DNA of 58,683 nt from Enterococcus phage AS-M1_NWU, in sequence record OR506460.1; one strand, given 5' to 3'. How positions within the stretch are numbered: position 1 is the first letter of the stretch; every line of letters starts with the position of its first letter. The notes beneath the pieces were generated by a model. It was not told the DNA's origin, did no database searches, and saw nothing but the letters and a program-made list of their open reading frames with translations. The position numbers were made by a program, and so were the translations under genes. Shown here in pieces: positions 38,927 through 49,944 of the stretch.

Positions 38927-39439
38927 TTACCCTCTTGCTTGATTAGTGATGCCGATTACTATCGGGAGGTAGAAAAACGCCTTAGATGATACCTCAACTT
39001 CGCTTGGTCTGACAACCTCGTCACCTAAAGTTAATTCAAAAATCCGCCCACCTAGTCGATAATACTCCGGGTATAGCGGTTTACCGGTCTCCGGTCGTAC
39101 CGCATTAATCTTTTGTAGTGCGCATATTACGTCTTGTACTAGCTCGTATACCGGGTCGGTTTCTTGTTTAGGGTCTATCGGGTCGACCCACCCTTGTATT
39201 AATAGGTTCCAGCCGGTTTTGTTTATGATCTTGAAGTCATCAGCGTAATCAGCGTAATTAGCCCCTTTCGCTTCAAGTATACTCACCAAAGGTACGGGGT
39301 CGTTATCTCCGAAAACGGTTCTACCGCGATAGACACTTCCGGCCAAGCTGTACGGCCGTATGTTTTCGTTGCCGTCCGATGATACTGTTTCTAGTAGAGA
39401 CGTTAGTGCTTTTAGTATTTCTAATTTTTTACTTGCCAT
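38927..39439 (-). CDS. tail completion / head-tail connector protein
   Basis: 170 aa, between capsid and tail tube genes (lambda U/Z position). Confidence 0.4.
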   Translation of the reverse strand: MASKKLEILKALTSLLETVSSDGNENIRPYSLAGSVYRGRTVFGDNDPVPLVSILEAKGANYADYADDFKIINKTGWNLLIQGWVDPIDPKQETDPVYELVQDVICALQKINAVRPETGKPLYPEYYRLGGRIFELTLGDEVVRPSEVEVSSKAFFYLPIVIGITNQARG

Positions 39440-40046
39440 TGCTTAATCTCTCAAACTGCCGGAAGAACTCGCCTTCAACTAACTTCGCGATCTGAGGTGA
39501 CACTTTTCCGGCCGTAGTTTCCATAACCTGATTTACCGATGGGGCGTAAAGGAGCGCTACTCGTCCGGGAACAAGCCACGCTTTGTGGGCGCTCGCTTTG
39601 TTGTTAAGTTTCTCCCCGGGAGAGAGACGAACTGCTAGTCCGGTGTTGTAATTGTCTTCTGACATACTCGCACCTGCTTTCAGTTTAACAAGAAACGCTT
39701 TCTTAAGAAAGGTTGTTCTCCCCCGACGAACTTTAACTGTTACCCCGGACTTACCCATCGTTCCGGAGGTGGCAAAACGCGCTAGGCTGGTGGCCCTTTT
39801 CCTCGCGAGTATTGTCGCTTCTAGTTTATTGTCTGAGGCGTATCGAGCCACTTTCAGTCTGTCACCTTTTAGGTATCCCCTAGGGAAACTTATCTCGGCC
39901 AACATTCCGTCCCGCAACGCTTTCATACCAGACCGGCGGACTACCGTATTTATCGCTAAACGCATAGACCGCGCCGTCATCTTCGGCATACCGTCGAAAT
40001 ACAGTTTTAACGCATTAACGCCCACCGTCTCCACCGATATCGCCAT
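39429..40046 (-). CDS. head-tail connector protein
   Basis: 205 aa. Confidence 0.4.
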   Translation of the reverse strand: MAISVETVGVNALKLYFDGMPKMTARSMRLAINTVVRRSGMKALRDGMLAEISFPRGYLKGDRLKVARYASDNKLEATILARKRATSLARFATSGTMGKSGVTVKVRRGRTTFLKKAFLVKLKAGASMSEDNYNTGLAVRLSPGEKLNNKASAHKAWLVPGRVALLYAPSVNQVMETTAGKVSPQIAKLVEGEFFRQFERLSNGK

Positions 40047-40048
40047 GA

Positions 40049-40402
40049 TTATATCCTTTTAACTTGCCACTTTGATTCGACCGGGCCGTTGTACGGCTCT
40101 TGCGCTACCAACGACACTCGGATATCTTCGAATCCCGGGTCTGTCAATTGAATGATATTTCCGTATGCTAGTACGACACCTTTTTCTTTAAGTTCGTCTC
40201 TATCGAAAATCATTCGGTCTACTCCGTCTATAACTTCTGAGTACCCCGCTTCCATGAGATCGCCCATGATTGCTATCTTATTGTGATATCGGACATACAG
40301 GGCGACCGGCTCCTGATTTCCTCTTATCAAGATAGCAGATAGGCGAAAGGCGGAATGAACCGCCTTTCTCATTTTATATTTTTGTCTAGCCCAAGCGGTC
40401 AT
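40049..40402 (-). CDS. head completion protein
   Basis: 117 aa (FII-like position). Confidence 0.4.
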   Translation of the reverse strand: MTAWARQKYKMRKAVHSAFRLSAILIRGNQEPVALYVRYHNKIAIMGDLMEAGYSEVIDGVDRMIFDRDELKEKGVVLAYGNIIQLTDPGFEDIRVSLVAQEPYNGPVESKWQVKRI

Positions 40403-40749
40403 TATAGATCGTCGTCAGCGTCGGTCTTCGCTTTGGCTCCTTTCTTATTGCTCTTTGCCGTGTCTGCGGATTTAGCTTGTTCGGCTGCGAGTTCTGCACG
40501 GGCTTGTTCTAGTGCTTCTCGTTTGATGGCTTCCATATCAACCGTCTTTTCGACGAGGGCCTTTGCCACAGATTGATTAATCTTAATGTGGCCGATAGCG
40601 CTAGGGTTAGTTGCGTTAATCTGTTCTAACTCGGAGGTTGTTAGCTCAACTACATCGCCAATGGCCGGAACGAATTGCTGGCCGTTACGACGTAAGATGA
40701 TCGTTTGAAGCGCCACGCGTTGTACTACTGTTTCTTTGGTCTCTGACAT
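40402..40749 (-). CDS. head-associated protein (FI-like position)
   Basis: 115 aa, acidic C-terminus. Confidence 0.4.
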   Translation of the reverse strand: MSETKETVVQRVALQTIILRRNGQQFVPAIGDVVELTTSELEQINATNPSAIGHIKINQSVAKALVEKTVDMEAIKREALEQARAELAAEQAKSADTAKSNKKGAKAKTDADDDL

Positions 40750-40812
40750 GATATTTTCTCAACTTGAATTCAATTTCGGGCGGTCATCTGACCACCCGCA
40801 TATTAGTATTAC

Positions 40813-41880
40813 TTACTTGGTGGATACCATCAGTAAGAATGAAGTGTTAGGATCGCGTGGAACCATTAACGGAGCCGATTGCGTCATCACATAATCAACA
40901 CTTGGGTCTTCTTCTTCCCACATTTTAGGGAACATTTCTAATGAACGGAAGCCCGCTTTCTTGTCGTGGATAGCACCGAAGCAACGGTAGCCCTCGATAG
41001 CACGAGATACACCTACGATACCGCCTTGTGGTACTAGGTATTCTTCTTTGCCGTCTTGGTTAACGAATTTCTGCGTGTTGACGTAGATATCCATTGCACC
41101 CGCGCCATTTACACCCGCGATACGGCCCATGTATTCAATGCCCTCAAGGCCATCTGAGATACGCGTAATCAATGTTTCAGAACCTTTGAAACGAGTATCC
41201 ATCAAGCCGTGGTCGCCGAATAATTCGTCTTTGTTGATCTTGACGAATAAATCCCAAGCGTCTTGGCCGAAGATGTAGTCACGAACAACCGTACCACTAG
41301 CAGACTTGTCATTAACCAGTTGCTTGCCTAAGCGTAAGTCTTTAAAGGTCTGCTCCGATGTGATGCCGGGAGCCGTCCAGTCTGTTGTGATGGTCAGCGA
41401 TGGGTCGCGTCGGAAGTCTACACGGGTTTTCGGATAGTCCGGCCCTTCAACATCAACGTAGCCATAGATCACCGCTGACGCTGCCATAACCTCGAACGTA
41501 TTCTCGATCATTGACTTATGTTTGCGTAGCGTTTCTGCGACGGCCATCTTGAATTTTTGGTCTGGCGTCAAGGAGCCCGTTAGTAGGTTTTCGCCCGGGC
41601 GACGAGGAAACACCATCGATGGGTCGATAGCATGTTTAGGTTTCAGGTACGCCGGTTTAAACGCTACGGTGTGGAAACCTTTCTCTTTGATCACCACGCC
41701 TTGTACGTTAGGAGCGACGAACGGTGCTACGCGTTTATAGTTGTCGCTTACTTTATCGATCGCGATTTCGTCTGTATCAAAGTTGATCGTGTTCGGGAAG
41801 AACCCTAAGAAAAACGACGGTAGCGATTCGATTTTACGCAATACCGGTAAAAGTTGTACGGTTGAATACTGTCCAGCCAT
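40813..41880 (-). CDS. major capsid protein (lambda gpE-like)
   Basis: 355 aa; size, position after decoration protein, N-terminal pattern like gpE family. Confidence 0.7.
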   Translation of the reverse strand: MAGQYSTVQLLPVLRKIESLPSFFLGFFPNTINFDTDEIAIDKVSDNYKRVAPFVAPNVQGVVIKEKGFHTVAFKPAYLKPKHAIDPSMVFPRRPGENLLTGSLTPDQKFKMAVAETLRKHKSMIENTFEVMAASAVIYGYVDVEGPDYPKTRVDFRRDPSLTITTDWTAPGITSEQTFKDLRLGKQLVNDKSASGTVVRDYIFGQDAWDLFVKINKDELFGDHGLMDTRFKGSETLITRISDGLEGIEYMGRIAGVNGAGAMDIYVNTQKFVNQDGKEEYLVPQGGIVGVSRAIEGYRCFGAIHDKKAGFRSLEMFPKMWEEEDPSVDYVMTQSAPLMVPRDPNTSFLLMVSTK

Positions 41881-41892
41881 TGTCTGCCCCTA

Positions 41893-42309
41893 TTAATACA
41901 GTTTTTTGATAATGATTGTTGAGCGACCTAACTCGAAAAGCGATTTGGCTTTCACTAGGTCATCAATGGCTTTCGGCCATGTGATCGCATCGATATTAAA
42001 CGTTCCGCCGGTGTAGAACTGTACGGTCTGACCGCTTTTCGTTGCTTGTGCCGAGATCCCGACTGGTAATATCGCCGTTACAGTTCCCTCACCCTCGTCA
42101 CCGCCGGAACCAGTACCCGGATAAACCGTGTCGTCAAATGCTGCGATAGTGCCGTCTTCTTTACGATATACCACTTGGTACATATCGATATCGCTTGACG
42201 CCACTCCGTTGTCCGTGTGGATCGGAGACTCACCGGCGAAAATCTGAGTTGGTTCCCATGCGTTAAGGTCGCGTGAGCCTGCTAACATATCTACGTTTGT
42301 GTTTTTCAC
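41893..42309 (-). CDS. head decoration protein (gpD-like)
   Basis: 138 aa directly upstream of capsid gene. Confidence 0.5.
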   Translation of the reverse strand: MKNTNVDMLAGSRDLNAWEPTQIFAGESPIHTDNGVASSDIDMYQVVYRKEDGTIAAFDDTVYPGTGSGGDEGEGTVTAILPVGISAQATKSGQTVQFYTGGTFNIDAITWPKAIDDLVKAKSLFELGRSTIIIKKLY

Positions 42310-42322
42310 GATAAACCCCTAA

Positions 42323-43600
42323 TTAGTTACCGAAATAGCCAAGACCTGAAAGGTCGTCTAATAACGAGTTATTCTCGTCCGTTGCTAAGGGCTTATCCGT
42401 GTCCTGTGGCTCGGCTTTAATGCCCGGCTGTTCGCCTTCGTCCATTGCTTTCTTAAAAGCGTTCGGCTTTTCTTCTTGCTTTGGTTCTTCCGCTTTCTCG
42501 ACCGGAGAAGCGTTAAGCATTGCCTTAGCATCTTCTTCGCTCATTGAGGTGTTGAACGCGATGTGTTGTGCTAACGATTCGCGCCCTTTTGCTTCATCAC
42601 AACCAAGAATGCCCTTGATACGCGCTTGTTCTGCTTTCGCACCTTTAGCTTGTTCTTCGGACGCATTGATTGTCGGTTGCTCCGCGTTTGTGTTTTTTAC
42701 GGCCATATCAGTTTCGCTCTCTGTTCCGTTAATGAAGTTGTGTAATGCCATTTCTGGCGATTCAACGCGGTCAACTAGACCTAAGTCTTTAGCGTCATTC
42801 GCGTCGTACGTTTTAGCTTCGGTGTCGAATACTAACTTTTCCGACAAACCGCGATTTCTTGCTACGGTTGCTACAAAAGTTTTTCTACAAGCGTTGACGC
42901 CTGATTGTAGCTCTGCTCTTGCTTGTTCGCTCAGTTCCTCGAAAGGGTTGGTTTCTGCCTTTCTGTCGCCGGCGCGTATCACAGATACTTTAATTCCTAC
43001 GTCAGACAACATTTTAGACATATCAGCGTGAATAATCAACGCCCCAATTGAACCCGCGCCACCCGAGGGCGTGATACTTATCGCGTCACACGCACTTGCG
43101 ATCGCGTAAGCAGCAGAATAGCAACTTGAGTTGATGACGGCCAGTGTAGGTTTTTCACCGCGACGACTGAAAATCTCGTCCGATAGTTCCATACAACCGG
43201 CTGCCTCGCCTCCACCCGAATTAACGTCATAGACGATTCTCTCGACGTCCGGATCATTCAAGGCCATTGCGTGTGCTCTACGAATATAGCTATATCCTGT
43301 AACGAATCCCCAAGAACCGCCGAAGCGGTTAATTAGAGAGCCGTGTACCGGAATGAAAGCGGTTCCGTTAGAGAATCCGTATGGTTTGTTAGTTGGTGCG
43401 CTGTTAGACACCCCATACGTCATACACACGTTGTTTAGCATTGTTGACCAAGTTTCGTCAGTCATGTCGGCCTCTACGTTAGCGAGCAACTGTAAGTTAC
43501 TCCCCATAGAACCGACTGAACGTTCGTCCAGAAACGCCGGGCGTAGATTAATAGCTTGTACCGCTTGTACGGCAGCAGCTTGATAAGTGCCTTGCGTCAT
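42323..43600 (-). CDS. head maturation protease/scaffold (S49 peptidase, lambda gpC-like)
   Basis: 425 aa; ClpP/S49-like core followed by Ala/Glu/Lys-rich scaffold-like tail. Confidence 0.65.
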   Translation of the reverse strand: MTQGTYQAAAVQAVQAINLRPAFLDERSVGSMGSNLQLLANVEADMTDETWSTMLNNVCMTYGVSNSAPTNKPYGFSNGTAFIPVHGSLINRFGGSWGFVTGYSYIRRAHAMALNDPDVERIVYDVNSGGGEAAGCMELSDEIFSRRGEKPTLAVINSSCYSAAYAIASACDAISITPSGGAGSIGALIIHADMSKMLSDVGIKVSVIRAGDRKAETNPFEELSEQARAELQSGVNACRKTFVATVARNRGLSEKLVFDTEAKTYDANDAKDLGLVDRVESPEMALHNFINGTESETDMAVKNTNAEQPTINASEEQAKGAKAEQARIKGILGCDEAKGRESLAQHIAFNTSMSEEDAKAMLNASPVEKAEEPKQEEKPNAFKKAMDEGEQPGIKAEPQDTDKPLATDENNSLLDDLSGLGYFGN

Positions 43601-45291
43601 TCCGAATCCCCACTGTTAGTTTCTTCGTCATCTTCCGAGTTTGTTTTCTCGTTAGCGGATATATTACTCACATCTCCGGAGAAAACAAGCCCGTATTTAT
43701 CTTTTATTCGTTTTTCTCGTTCTAACTGCCTAAAAATCTCTCTCCAGTCTTCGCCGAGTCGAGCGATTTCTTTCTCACGAGTGCTCAGACCACTGTTAAT
43801 TCTCATGATAGCTGCTTCGGTCTCTTTCTTCTCGTCGATTTGACCGCGGGCTGCACCTATCCAGTCGCAACGAATTAAACAGTCTTTCACTAACGGTTCG
43901 TAAAACCAGTCGCTCGTTTTTCCTCGAGGTAGCGGGATCTCGTTTTTGTTTATCATCTCCTCTAACCACAACGCATAAATATTTGTAGCTAAAGCGTCAG
44001 CAATGATCTTTTTGCGAGACTGCATGAATTTCCATGTTTCCCCCATTGAGGCCCTTGCGGAAGAATAGTTAGTCTTCGTGTAGTCCCGGCTAAACTGTTC
44101 GTATGAAAGGTTTAACGATGCTGCGATGTGGCGTAGTAACGACTCCTCGAAGTCCGTGCCGACCCCGCCGGGAGTCCCCATCGGTTTTAAGTTCAACTTA
44201 GTGCCGGGCATTAAATGCGGGATCTTGGCGCCGTCGATTTCCATGTTTTTAGCAGTCGCGTAGTACGATGCTGCGTTCGTCATCATCTCATGGATAATCT
44301 CACCGAACGGACGTTGCCCTAAACCTAACTGAGCGTAAACGGCTTCCGGTGGTAGCTCAGACTCAATTGCGGCTGCATACGAGGCATTGATTACCGCGTT
44401 TTGTAGCGTTATCTCCTGAAAGTTCTTAGTCATTCTAATGGTCTTCAATGCTGCAACCATGTCTGAGATTCCGCGATTTTGGTGTGGGAGAATTTGCTCC
44501 ATGATGTGAATGACCTGTCGACGTCCCCACGGTTTGCGCGATGGAACATATCGCCATATTTGATTCTCACCGTTGATTAAACTCTCCCCCGGGAAACTGT
44601 TTTGAATGTAGTACCCGATTGGTCGACCGAACGCATCGACATGAACACCGCCTCGAATGTTTTTCGTGTTGGCCGAGTTATTCGGGTTGCTCAGCCTATG
44701 CGGGCTAATCATTTGAATGGCCGTATTGAATGGACGACCTGCGGTTCTTGACCATTCCGCCGTTGCTAATACTTCACCGGAAATCAGCGCTTGGGCCACC
44801 CCGAGTCGAATCAAGCCGGTAAATGAATTGCGTCGTGTGACATCAAACCAGTTTTCCGTTGAGTCTGCAGCCACGTTGAATTTAGACTCTACGACGTCTT
44901 GAAACTCCTCCTCCCATGCTTCGGCGTCTGCACCTTTTAGTCCTAGCGCAGACAAATTAGGCTTAGCGTTTAGCATGTATTGAGAGCCGACGATATTGTC
45001 TCGGTGTATCGATACCGCACCGGACGCAAAACCGTCATTCTGGATAACGTTTTGAACCCGGGCGTCGGCTAATTCTTTTTGTCCGCCGTCTAATTCCTGA
45101 TCCGGAGAGACTATTGCGGGCGTCCAGCGATACATTTCTCGCGAGTTTCGCTGAGCACCCTCATAACCTCCTTGTGCTTTAACCTCCGGGGGATTGTTCG
45201 CACTTCTCGCGACAAGTTCCTTGATTGATTTCATGCTCATTAGAATAGCGCCCCTAGTGGTGCGGAAATTGACCCGAATCCGACTCCGCAA
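43597..45291 (-). CDS. portal protein (lambda gpB family)
   Basis: 564 aa, position between gpW-like and protease. Confidence 0.75.
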   Translation of the reverse strand: MRSRIRVNFRTTRGAILMSMKSIKELVARSANNPPEVKAQGGYEGAQRNSREMYRWTPAIVSPDQELDGGQKELADARVQNVIQNDGFASGAVSIHRDNIVGSQYMLNAKPNLSALGLKGADAEAWEEEFQDVVESKFNVAADSTENWFDVTRRNSFTGLIRLGVAQALISGEVLATAEWSRTAGRPFNTAIQMISPHRLSNPNNSANTKNIRGGVHVDAFGRPIGYYIQNSFPGESLINGENQIWRYVPSRKPWGRRQVIHIMEQILPHQNRGISDMVAALKTIRMTKNFQEITLQNAVINASYAAAIESELPPEAVYAQLGLGQRPFGEIIHEMMTNAASYYATAKNMEIDGAKIPHLMPGTKLNLKPMGTPGGVGTDFEESLLRHIAASLNLSYEQFSRDYTKTNYSSARASMGETWKFMQSRKKIIADALATNIYALWLEEMINKNEIPLPRGKTSDWFYEPLVKDCLIRCDWIGAARGQIDEKKETEAAIMRINSGLSTREKEIARLGEDWREIFRQLEREKRIKDKYGLVFSGDVSNISANEKTNSEDDEETNSGDSE

Positions 45292-45515
45292 TTACAGATC
45301 GGGTCGTTCGGGGCTAGTTGGCAAATCTGACGTTGTAGCCCGGTAAGATACGCAAGTAGGCTCTGACGGTTAGCTGCGGTGTATTCAACACGCTCGCTAT
45401 TTTGGTCGACAAACACTCGGCCAGACACACCGATTTGTAAATCGTGATATGCTCGGCTCGCTTCAACGTATCGCTGTTTTAATTCTGCGAGAGTTTCATC
45501 GCATGGACGGCTCAT
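45240..45515 (-). CDS. head-tail joining protein gpW-like
   Basis: 91 aa; resembles lambda W (…YHDLQIG…RVEYTAANRQSL…YLTGLQ…). Confidence 0.5.
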   Translation of the reverse strand: MSRPCDETLAELKQRYVEASRAYHDLQIGVSGRVFVDQNSERVEYTAANRQSLLAYLTGLQRQICQLAPNDPICNCGVGFGSISAPLGALF

Positions 45516-45527
45516 TTTATTACCTCT

Positions 45528-47603
45528 CTATCCTAATAGTTCACCTAAACGGCTAAAGTCTAACATCGGTCGAGGTTGAAAGGCGAATGGTTTTTCTTCC
45601 TCGGGTTCCCTGACCATTGTATTATTGTCCCATTCCTCCGCCCATGTTGGGGGATTGTCCCAATTTATCGACTCTACTCGTAATAACTCCGGAGACGTAC
45701 AAAGGCCCAAGCAGTAGTAGCTTAAGTCCCATGCTTCGTTTCGGGCTTGCGCTAAATTCTCCCAACCTTTCGCGGTTCTCGTTTCGGCGCATAGCTCTGA
45801 GAAAAATTCGTCCGGTAATTCCCTTGTCATATTATAATAGCCCTTGTGAGGCTCAATACAATCTAGTCGACCGTTTAATGCGTCTTTCAACAAGTTCGAG
45901 TTTAAGAATAATACCGGGATTTCCCCTCTAGCTGCATTCTTATCGTTTTTCCGGTTAGAGTCCGGGTAGCTAATGCGGGTTCTCGGGTCTGTTACTCGTG
46001 TACCACCTTTTAATAAGATGAAGCGAGCATGTTTATTCTTTGTCTTCAAATATCGATAGAACGCGTATGCCATGCCGGTTACGCCCGATTTACCCCCTGA
46101 GTCACAACCGGTCATCTTAATTGACATCATTCTACCGCTACCGTCTGAAAGCGGATACTCTTTATCTATTACCTGTTTTTCGATAAGTCTCCAGTCTTCT
46201 TCGTACGTCGCCGGCTGTAAGATCATTGCGTCGCCGTCTTCGTCCTTACGCTCCGACTTATTGATGAAGAATCGGTCGATAACATGTGTGTCATACGGTG
46301 AACCCGGAGAAATACCGAACACCTGTACTACGAAGCTATTCAATTGAACGTCTATCGTTGCTACGAGGAAACGAACGTCGTTCGGAACCATGCCTAGCGG
46401 GTAATCTGATGACCGGCTTTTCAGTGCTTCCGGTGCGCGGACTGACTCTAACGACTTAGGCTGATACGGCTCGCCCATGTTGTTATTCCAGAATTTCTTC
46501 AAGGCTTCTTCTGAGTAAGTCCGTTGATATTCGTCAAGAGCATCGAGGTAGATGTTTACCAGTTTTTGCCATGTCGTAAAGGCGGCAGCCGTACCACGGA
46601 GCCAATAGGAAATGAAGTCGGTATGAGGGGCTTTACCCGTAAGTCTCCCGCTCTTATCAACTTTACAACCCTCCGGAACCCACACGCCGAATAAATTCAT
46701 TTCAAAGCGTTCGTCGGGGTGGATCAAACAACCACATTCCGGGCATACCATTTGTACGGTTTCTGCTTTCTCTCGGTTTGATAGCTGTTTTCCGTTATCC
46801 CACGTTAAATGCTCGAATTTCCCCTCGAAATATTCGTCACAGTGAGGACACGGCCATTGCCAACGTCGTCTATCGCCACGGTTGTAAAGCGCAATAATAC
46901 CGGTACACGGCGGAGCCTCATGCGGTGACTTAGCTATCCAGTGCGGGTCAAGAATCTCTCTCGACGGGGACGATTCGGCCATAGTCATAGCAAATGAACC
47001 AAAGGTCGTTGTACGCTGTGTTGCCAAGTCAAAAGGATTACCATCACCGCCGATATCGTCGTCCATACGGTCAAAGTCGGTCATCAAAATTCTTGGAACC
47101 GGTCGTCCGGCCAATTCGGTTACGGTCGGGTATGTAATAGTTAACATCATACCGGTAATGTATTGTTTATCGAATTTGTTATCGGTATCTCGACCTTTCA
47201 GTAATTGCTCACCGATTAACGGGCTGTGTCGGTGAAGACGATCAATACGTCGCATAGAAAAGTCTCGGGCGGCTGCCATTGTCGGACAGAATACCATTGT
47301 ATCCATCGGTGAGACTTTGATTGAGTATGACACGCCATTAATGATAATCGCGTCGGTTTTACCTGACTGTGCTGGGCCTACAAACGCCATCTTGCTGTGA
47401 TTGCGAGAAGTTAATACGTCCATTGGTTCGACCATATACGGCGTTGTTGTATTCAACCACGGGCCTACATACGACCCGGGAGAATTCACATATCGATATT
47501 GTGATGCTGCATTAGAAACGGTCAACCTTTCCGGAGGTCGTAAGTTATCTGACATCTTGACCGCGATCTCAAAGAGATTTTTGTATTTAGCCATTCTTGC
47601 CAC
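45528..47603 (-). CDS. terminase large subunit (lambda gpA family)
   Basis: 691 aa; Walker A GPAQSGKTD, GpA-like length and architecture. Confidence 0.85.
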   Translation of the reverse strand: MARMAKYKNLFEIAVKMSDNLRPPERLTVSNAASQYRYVNSPGSYVGPWLNTTTPYMVEPMDVLTSRNHSKMAFVGPAQSGKTDAIIINGVSYSIKVSPMDTMVFCPTMAAARDFSMRRIDRLHRHSPLIGEQLLKGRDTDNKFDKQYITGMMLTITYPTVTELAGRPVPRILMTDFDRMDDDIGGDGNPFDLATQRTTTFGSFAMTMAESSPSREILDPHWIAKSPHEAPPCTGIIALYNRGDRRRWQWPCPHCDEYFEGKFEHLTWDNGKQLSNREKAETVQMVCPECGCLIHPDERFEMNLFGVWVPEGCKVDKSGRLTGKAPHTDFISYWLRGTAAAFTTWQKLVNIYLDALDEYQRTYSEEALKKFWNNNMGEPYQPKSLESVRAPEALKSRSSDYPLGMVPNDVRFLVATIDVQLNSFVVQVFGISPGSPYDTHVIDRFFINKSERKDEDGDAMILQPATYEEDWRLIEKQVIDKEYPLSDGSGRMMSIKMTGCDSGGKSGVTGMAYAFYRYLKTKNKHARFILLKGGTRVTDPRTRISYPDSNRKNDKNAARGEIPVLFLNSNLLKDALNGRLDCIEPHKGYYNMTRELPDEFFSELCAETRTAKGWENLAQARNEAWDLSYYCLGLCTSPELLRVESINWDNPPTWAEEWDNNTMVREPEEEKPFAFQPRPMLDFSRLGELLG

Positions 47604-48171
47604 CTACGGTACTCTCTTTGACTTCCGTCTTAGCCCGGTCTCCGAATGCGTCAACGAGTGTTTGCGCCATCTCATTTAGCGCGCCGTCTATCATTTCCGT
47701 GATGCGGGTTCTTTGATGGTCGGTGAGAGTAGTTTCACGTTCCAGTGAGTCTGTTACTAAGAGTAATGACATGCGTAAGTGTTTAAAAGACTCCGACATT
47801 AGCGCTTCTACTTGGTCGGTAGGCCATAGCTCACCCTCTCTCAACTCGTAGTCCTGCTTAGCTTTCATTCCGTTCCAGAACTCTTTAGAGAGCATTTTAG
47901 GAAGCTCGTTGGGGTGCATTCGCTTAATGTAGGTTTCGACATCATACAGGGGCTTTACTAGGTATGGCGCCACTTCATTTAATTTGTAAATCGGATACCC
48001 GCCTCGTTCCCCGCAAGGAGGAACTTCTCGGATCTTGGGCGTAACGTCTCTACGCTCCATGTTAAATATCTTTGCGATCTGAGTGATGTTAACCCCGTCG
48101 AAGATCATCGACTCGGATTCACGGTCTAGCTGATTGCTACGACGTCTTGTTGTTACCGGTGCCTTTGCCAT
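47587..48171 (-). CDS. putative terminase small subunit / DNA-binding protein
   Basis: 194 aa immediately upstream of TerL with overlap; HTH-like N-terminus. Confidence 0.4.
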   Translation of the reverse strand: MAKAPVTTRRRSNQLDRESESMIFDGVNITQIAKIFNMERRDVTPKIREVPPCGERGGYPIYKLNEVAPYLVKPLYDVETYIKRMHPNELPKMLSKEFWNGMKAKQDYELREGELWPTDQVEALMSESFKHLRMSLLLVTDSLERETTLTDHQRTRITEMIDGALNEMAQTLVDAFGDRAKTEVKESTVGGKNG

Positions 48172-48173
48172 AA

Positions 48174-49697
48174 CTAAACTTCCTTTTTCATCGCTTTTCT
48201 GAGATCACGTAAGGTCTTCAAGGCCCAATCTTGGTTTTCTTCCTTACGTCTCAGATTGTTATAAACGTGGCGGTCGGCTAGTTGGACTGTTCGGCCATCT
48301 TCATTTGTTCCGACCGCAACTAAGTGGTGTACTGTTACTCGGTGCTTTTGACCTTGCCTATCGAGCCGTCCGATAAATTGGTCATAGTTCTCGAACGAGT
48401 ACGGAATGTCATAGAAAAGAATTGTATGTCCGCCCCGCTGTAAATTCAAGCCGTGCCCCGCACTTTGAGGGTGTGCCATGTAAACTTTTATTCGCCCCGC
48501 GTTCCATTGTTTTATGTTATTTCCGTCTTTATCCATCTCGACGATATCCGGGAATCGGGCTAATATTCTTTCTCGTGATGACCGAAAGTGATACCCAAGG
48601 AAAACATTCTTTCCGGCTTCCTTTGCTTCTTCCAGAAACACTTCGAGCGCGTCTAGTTTCTCCTCGTGGATATCATAGATGTCGGTCTTTCGTATCGGCT
48701 CCTCGTTCTCATCTATCCCGTCATAGTACGTGTTGTAAATAACGCCGGAGCACATTTGTAGCAGTTTCAATGCGAGTATCGCTGCCGATTGCGCTTCCAC
48801 TATGACGTTTTCCGCTTCGGGTATCATCATGACTAAATTCTTTTGGAAGTCGAAATACTCCTTGGTGATCTTCTTATTGAGTTTTACCGGGATCACCTTT
48901 GGCTCATACGGTACTCGATCGAGATAGTCTTCTGCTCGCATAACTACGCATATATCTTTTATCTTTTCTAAGATACGCATCTCCGTATCTTCTCTCGGCT
49001 TGATGCTGTGGTTATACGGGTTGTACTCGAAGTATTTATCCCTAAACTTATTGAAGCTACGGCCGAACCGTTTACCGTAATCAAGTAAATATATTTGAGA
49101 AAAGAACGAAGTAAATCCCTCGCCATTTGGGGTGGCCGTCAACTCGATTAGTCGTTTTATTCTCGGTCTGACTTTAGTTAAGTCCTTAAACCGCTTAGAT
49201 TTGTGAGACTTAAAGGAACTCGACTCGTCTATGACCACCATATCGAACGGCCACTTGCCTTTGTAATAGTTTACTAGCCAGCTTACATTCTCTCGGTTTA
49301 TGGATACGATAGGACTATTGCTATTTAGTACCGCTAATCTTTCCTTGGGTGTTCCGACTGCCGGCGTAACTTTATACCCACATAGATGACCCCACTCCAT
49401 GAATTCGTCCGGCCATGTTACTTTAGCCACCCTACGAGGGCCTATAATGAGAACTCTATCTACTTCGAAGTTATCTAGTAAGTCGGCGATCAGCGTTCCT
49501 GTTATTACGGTTTTGCCTATACCCATTTCGAGGAATAATCCGCAGAATGGAATGTCATGCGCTAGTTGTCGGGCTTCAACTTGATACTCGTGTAAGTCTT
49601 CCCGTTGTCTTTCAACAAGTTTTCTACCTTTCCTGATTTCTTCAAGTAGGTTAACTTTAGTCTTCCCAACCGTACGTTTCGAGGATTTCTTTCGCAT
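48174..49697 (-). CDS. SNF2-family DEAD/DEAH helicase
   Basis: 507 aa; motif I GIGKT, motif II VVIDESS (DExx), helicase C motifs. Confidence 0.7.
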   Translation of the reverse strand: MRKKSSKRTVGKTKVNLLEEIRKGRKLVERQREDLHEYQVEARQLAHDIPFCGLFLEMGIGKTVITGTLIADLLDNFEVDRVLIIGPRRVAKVTWPDEFMEWGHLCGYKVTPAVGTPKERLAVLNSNSPIVSINRENVSWLVNYYKGKWPFDMVVIDESSSFKSHKSKRFKDLTKVRPRIKRLIELTATPNGEGFTSFFSQIYLLDYGKRFGRSFNKFRDKYFEYNPYNHSIKPREDTEMRILEKIKDICVVMRAEDYLDRVPYEPKVIPVKLNKKITKEYFDFQKNLVMMIPEAENVIVEAQSAAILALKLLQMCSGVIYNTYYDGIDENEEPIRKTDIYDIHEEKLDALEVFLEEAKEAGKNVFLGYHFRSSRERILARFPDIVEMDKDGNNIKQWNAGRIKVYMAHPQSAGHGLNLQRGGHTILFYDIPYSFENYDQFIGRLDRQGQKHRVTVHHLVAVGTNEDGRTVQLADRHVYNNLRRKEENQDWALKTLRDLRKAMKKEV

Positions 49698-49944
49698 CGT
49701 TTAAATTATCCACCCAATATACTAAAGCCCCGTAGCGCTTCATCTCGGCCATGCGTAATTCTTGTTGCTTCGACGGCTTCTCTCCGGGGCGTTTGATTTC
49801 GATAAAAACTACAAAACTGTTTTTAATGAATATCCGGTCTGGTACGCCTCGTTTACCGGGGCTAGTAAATTTAGAAACCCACCAGCCACGGGCCAAAGCG
49901 TATTTTCGGATATCCGATTCGACTTTGCTCTCTCTAACAGTCAT
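49657..49944 (-). CDS. VRR-NUC domain nuclease
   Basis: 95 aa; PDRIF…EIKRPGEKP pattern (PD-(D/E)XK, VRR-NUC). Confidence 0.6.
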   Translation of the reverse strand: MTVRESKVESDIRKYALARGWWVSKFTSPGKRGVPDRIFIKNSFVVFIEIKRPGEKPSKQQELRMAEMKRYGALVYWVDNLNDAKEILETYGWED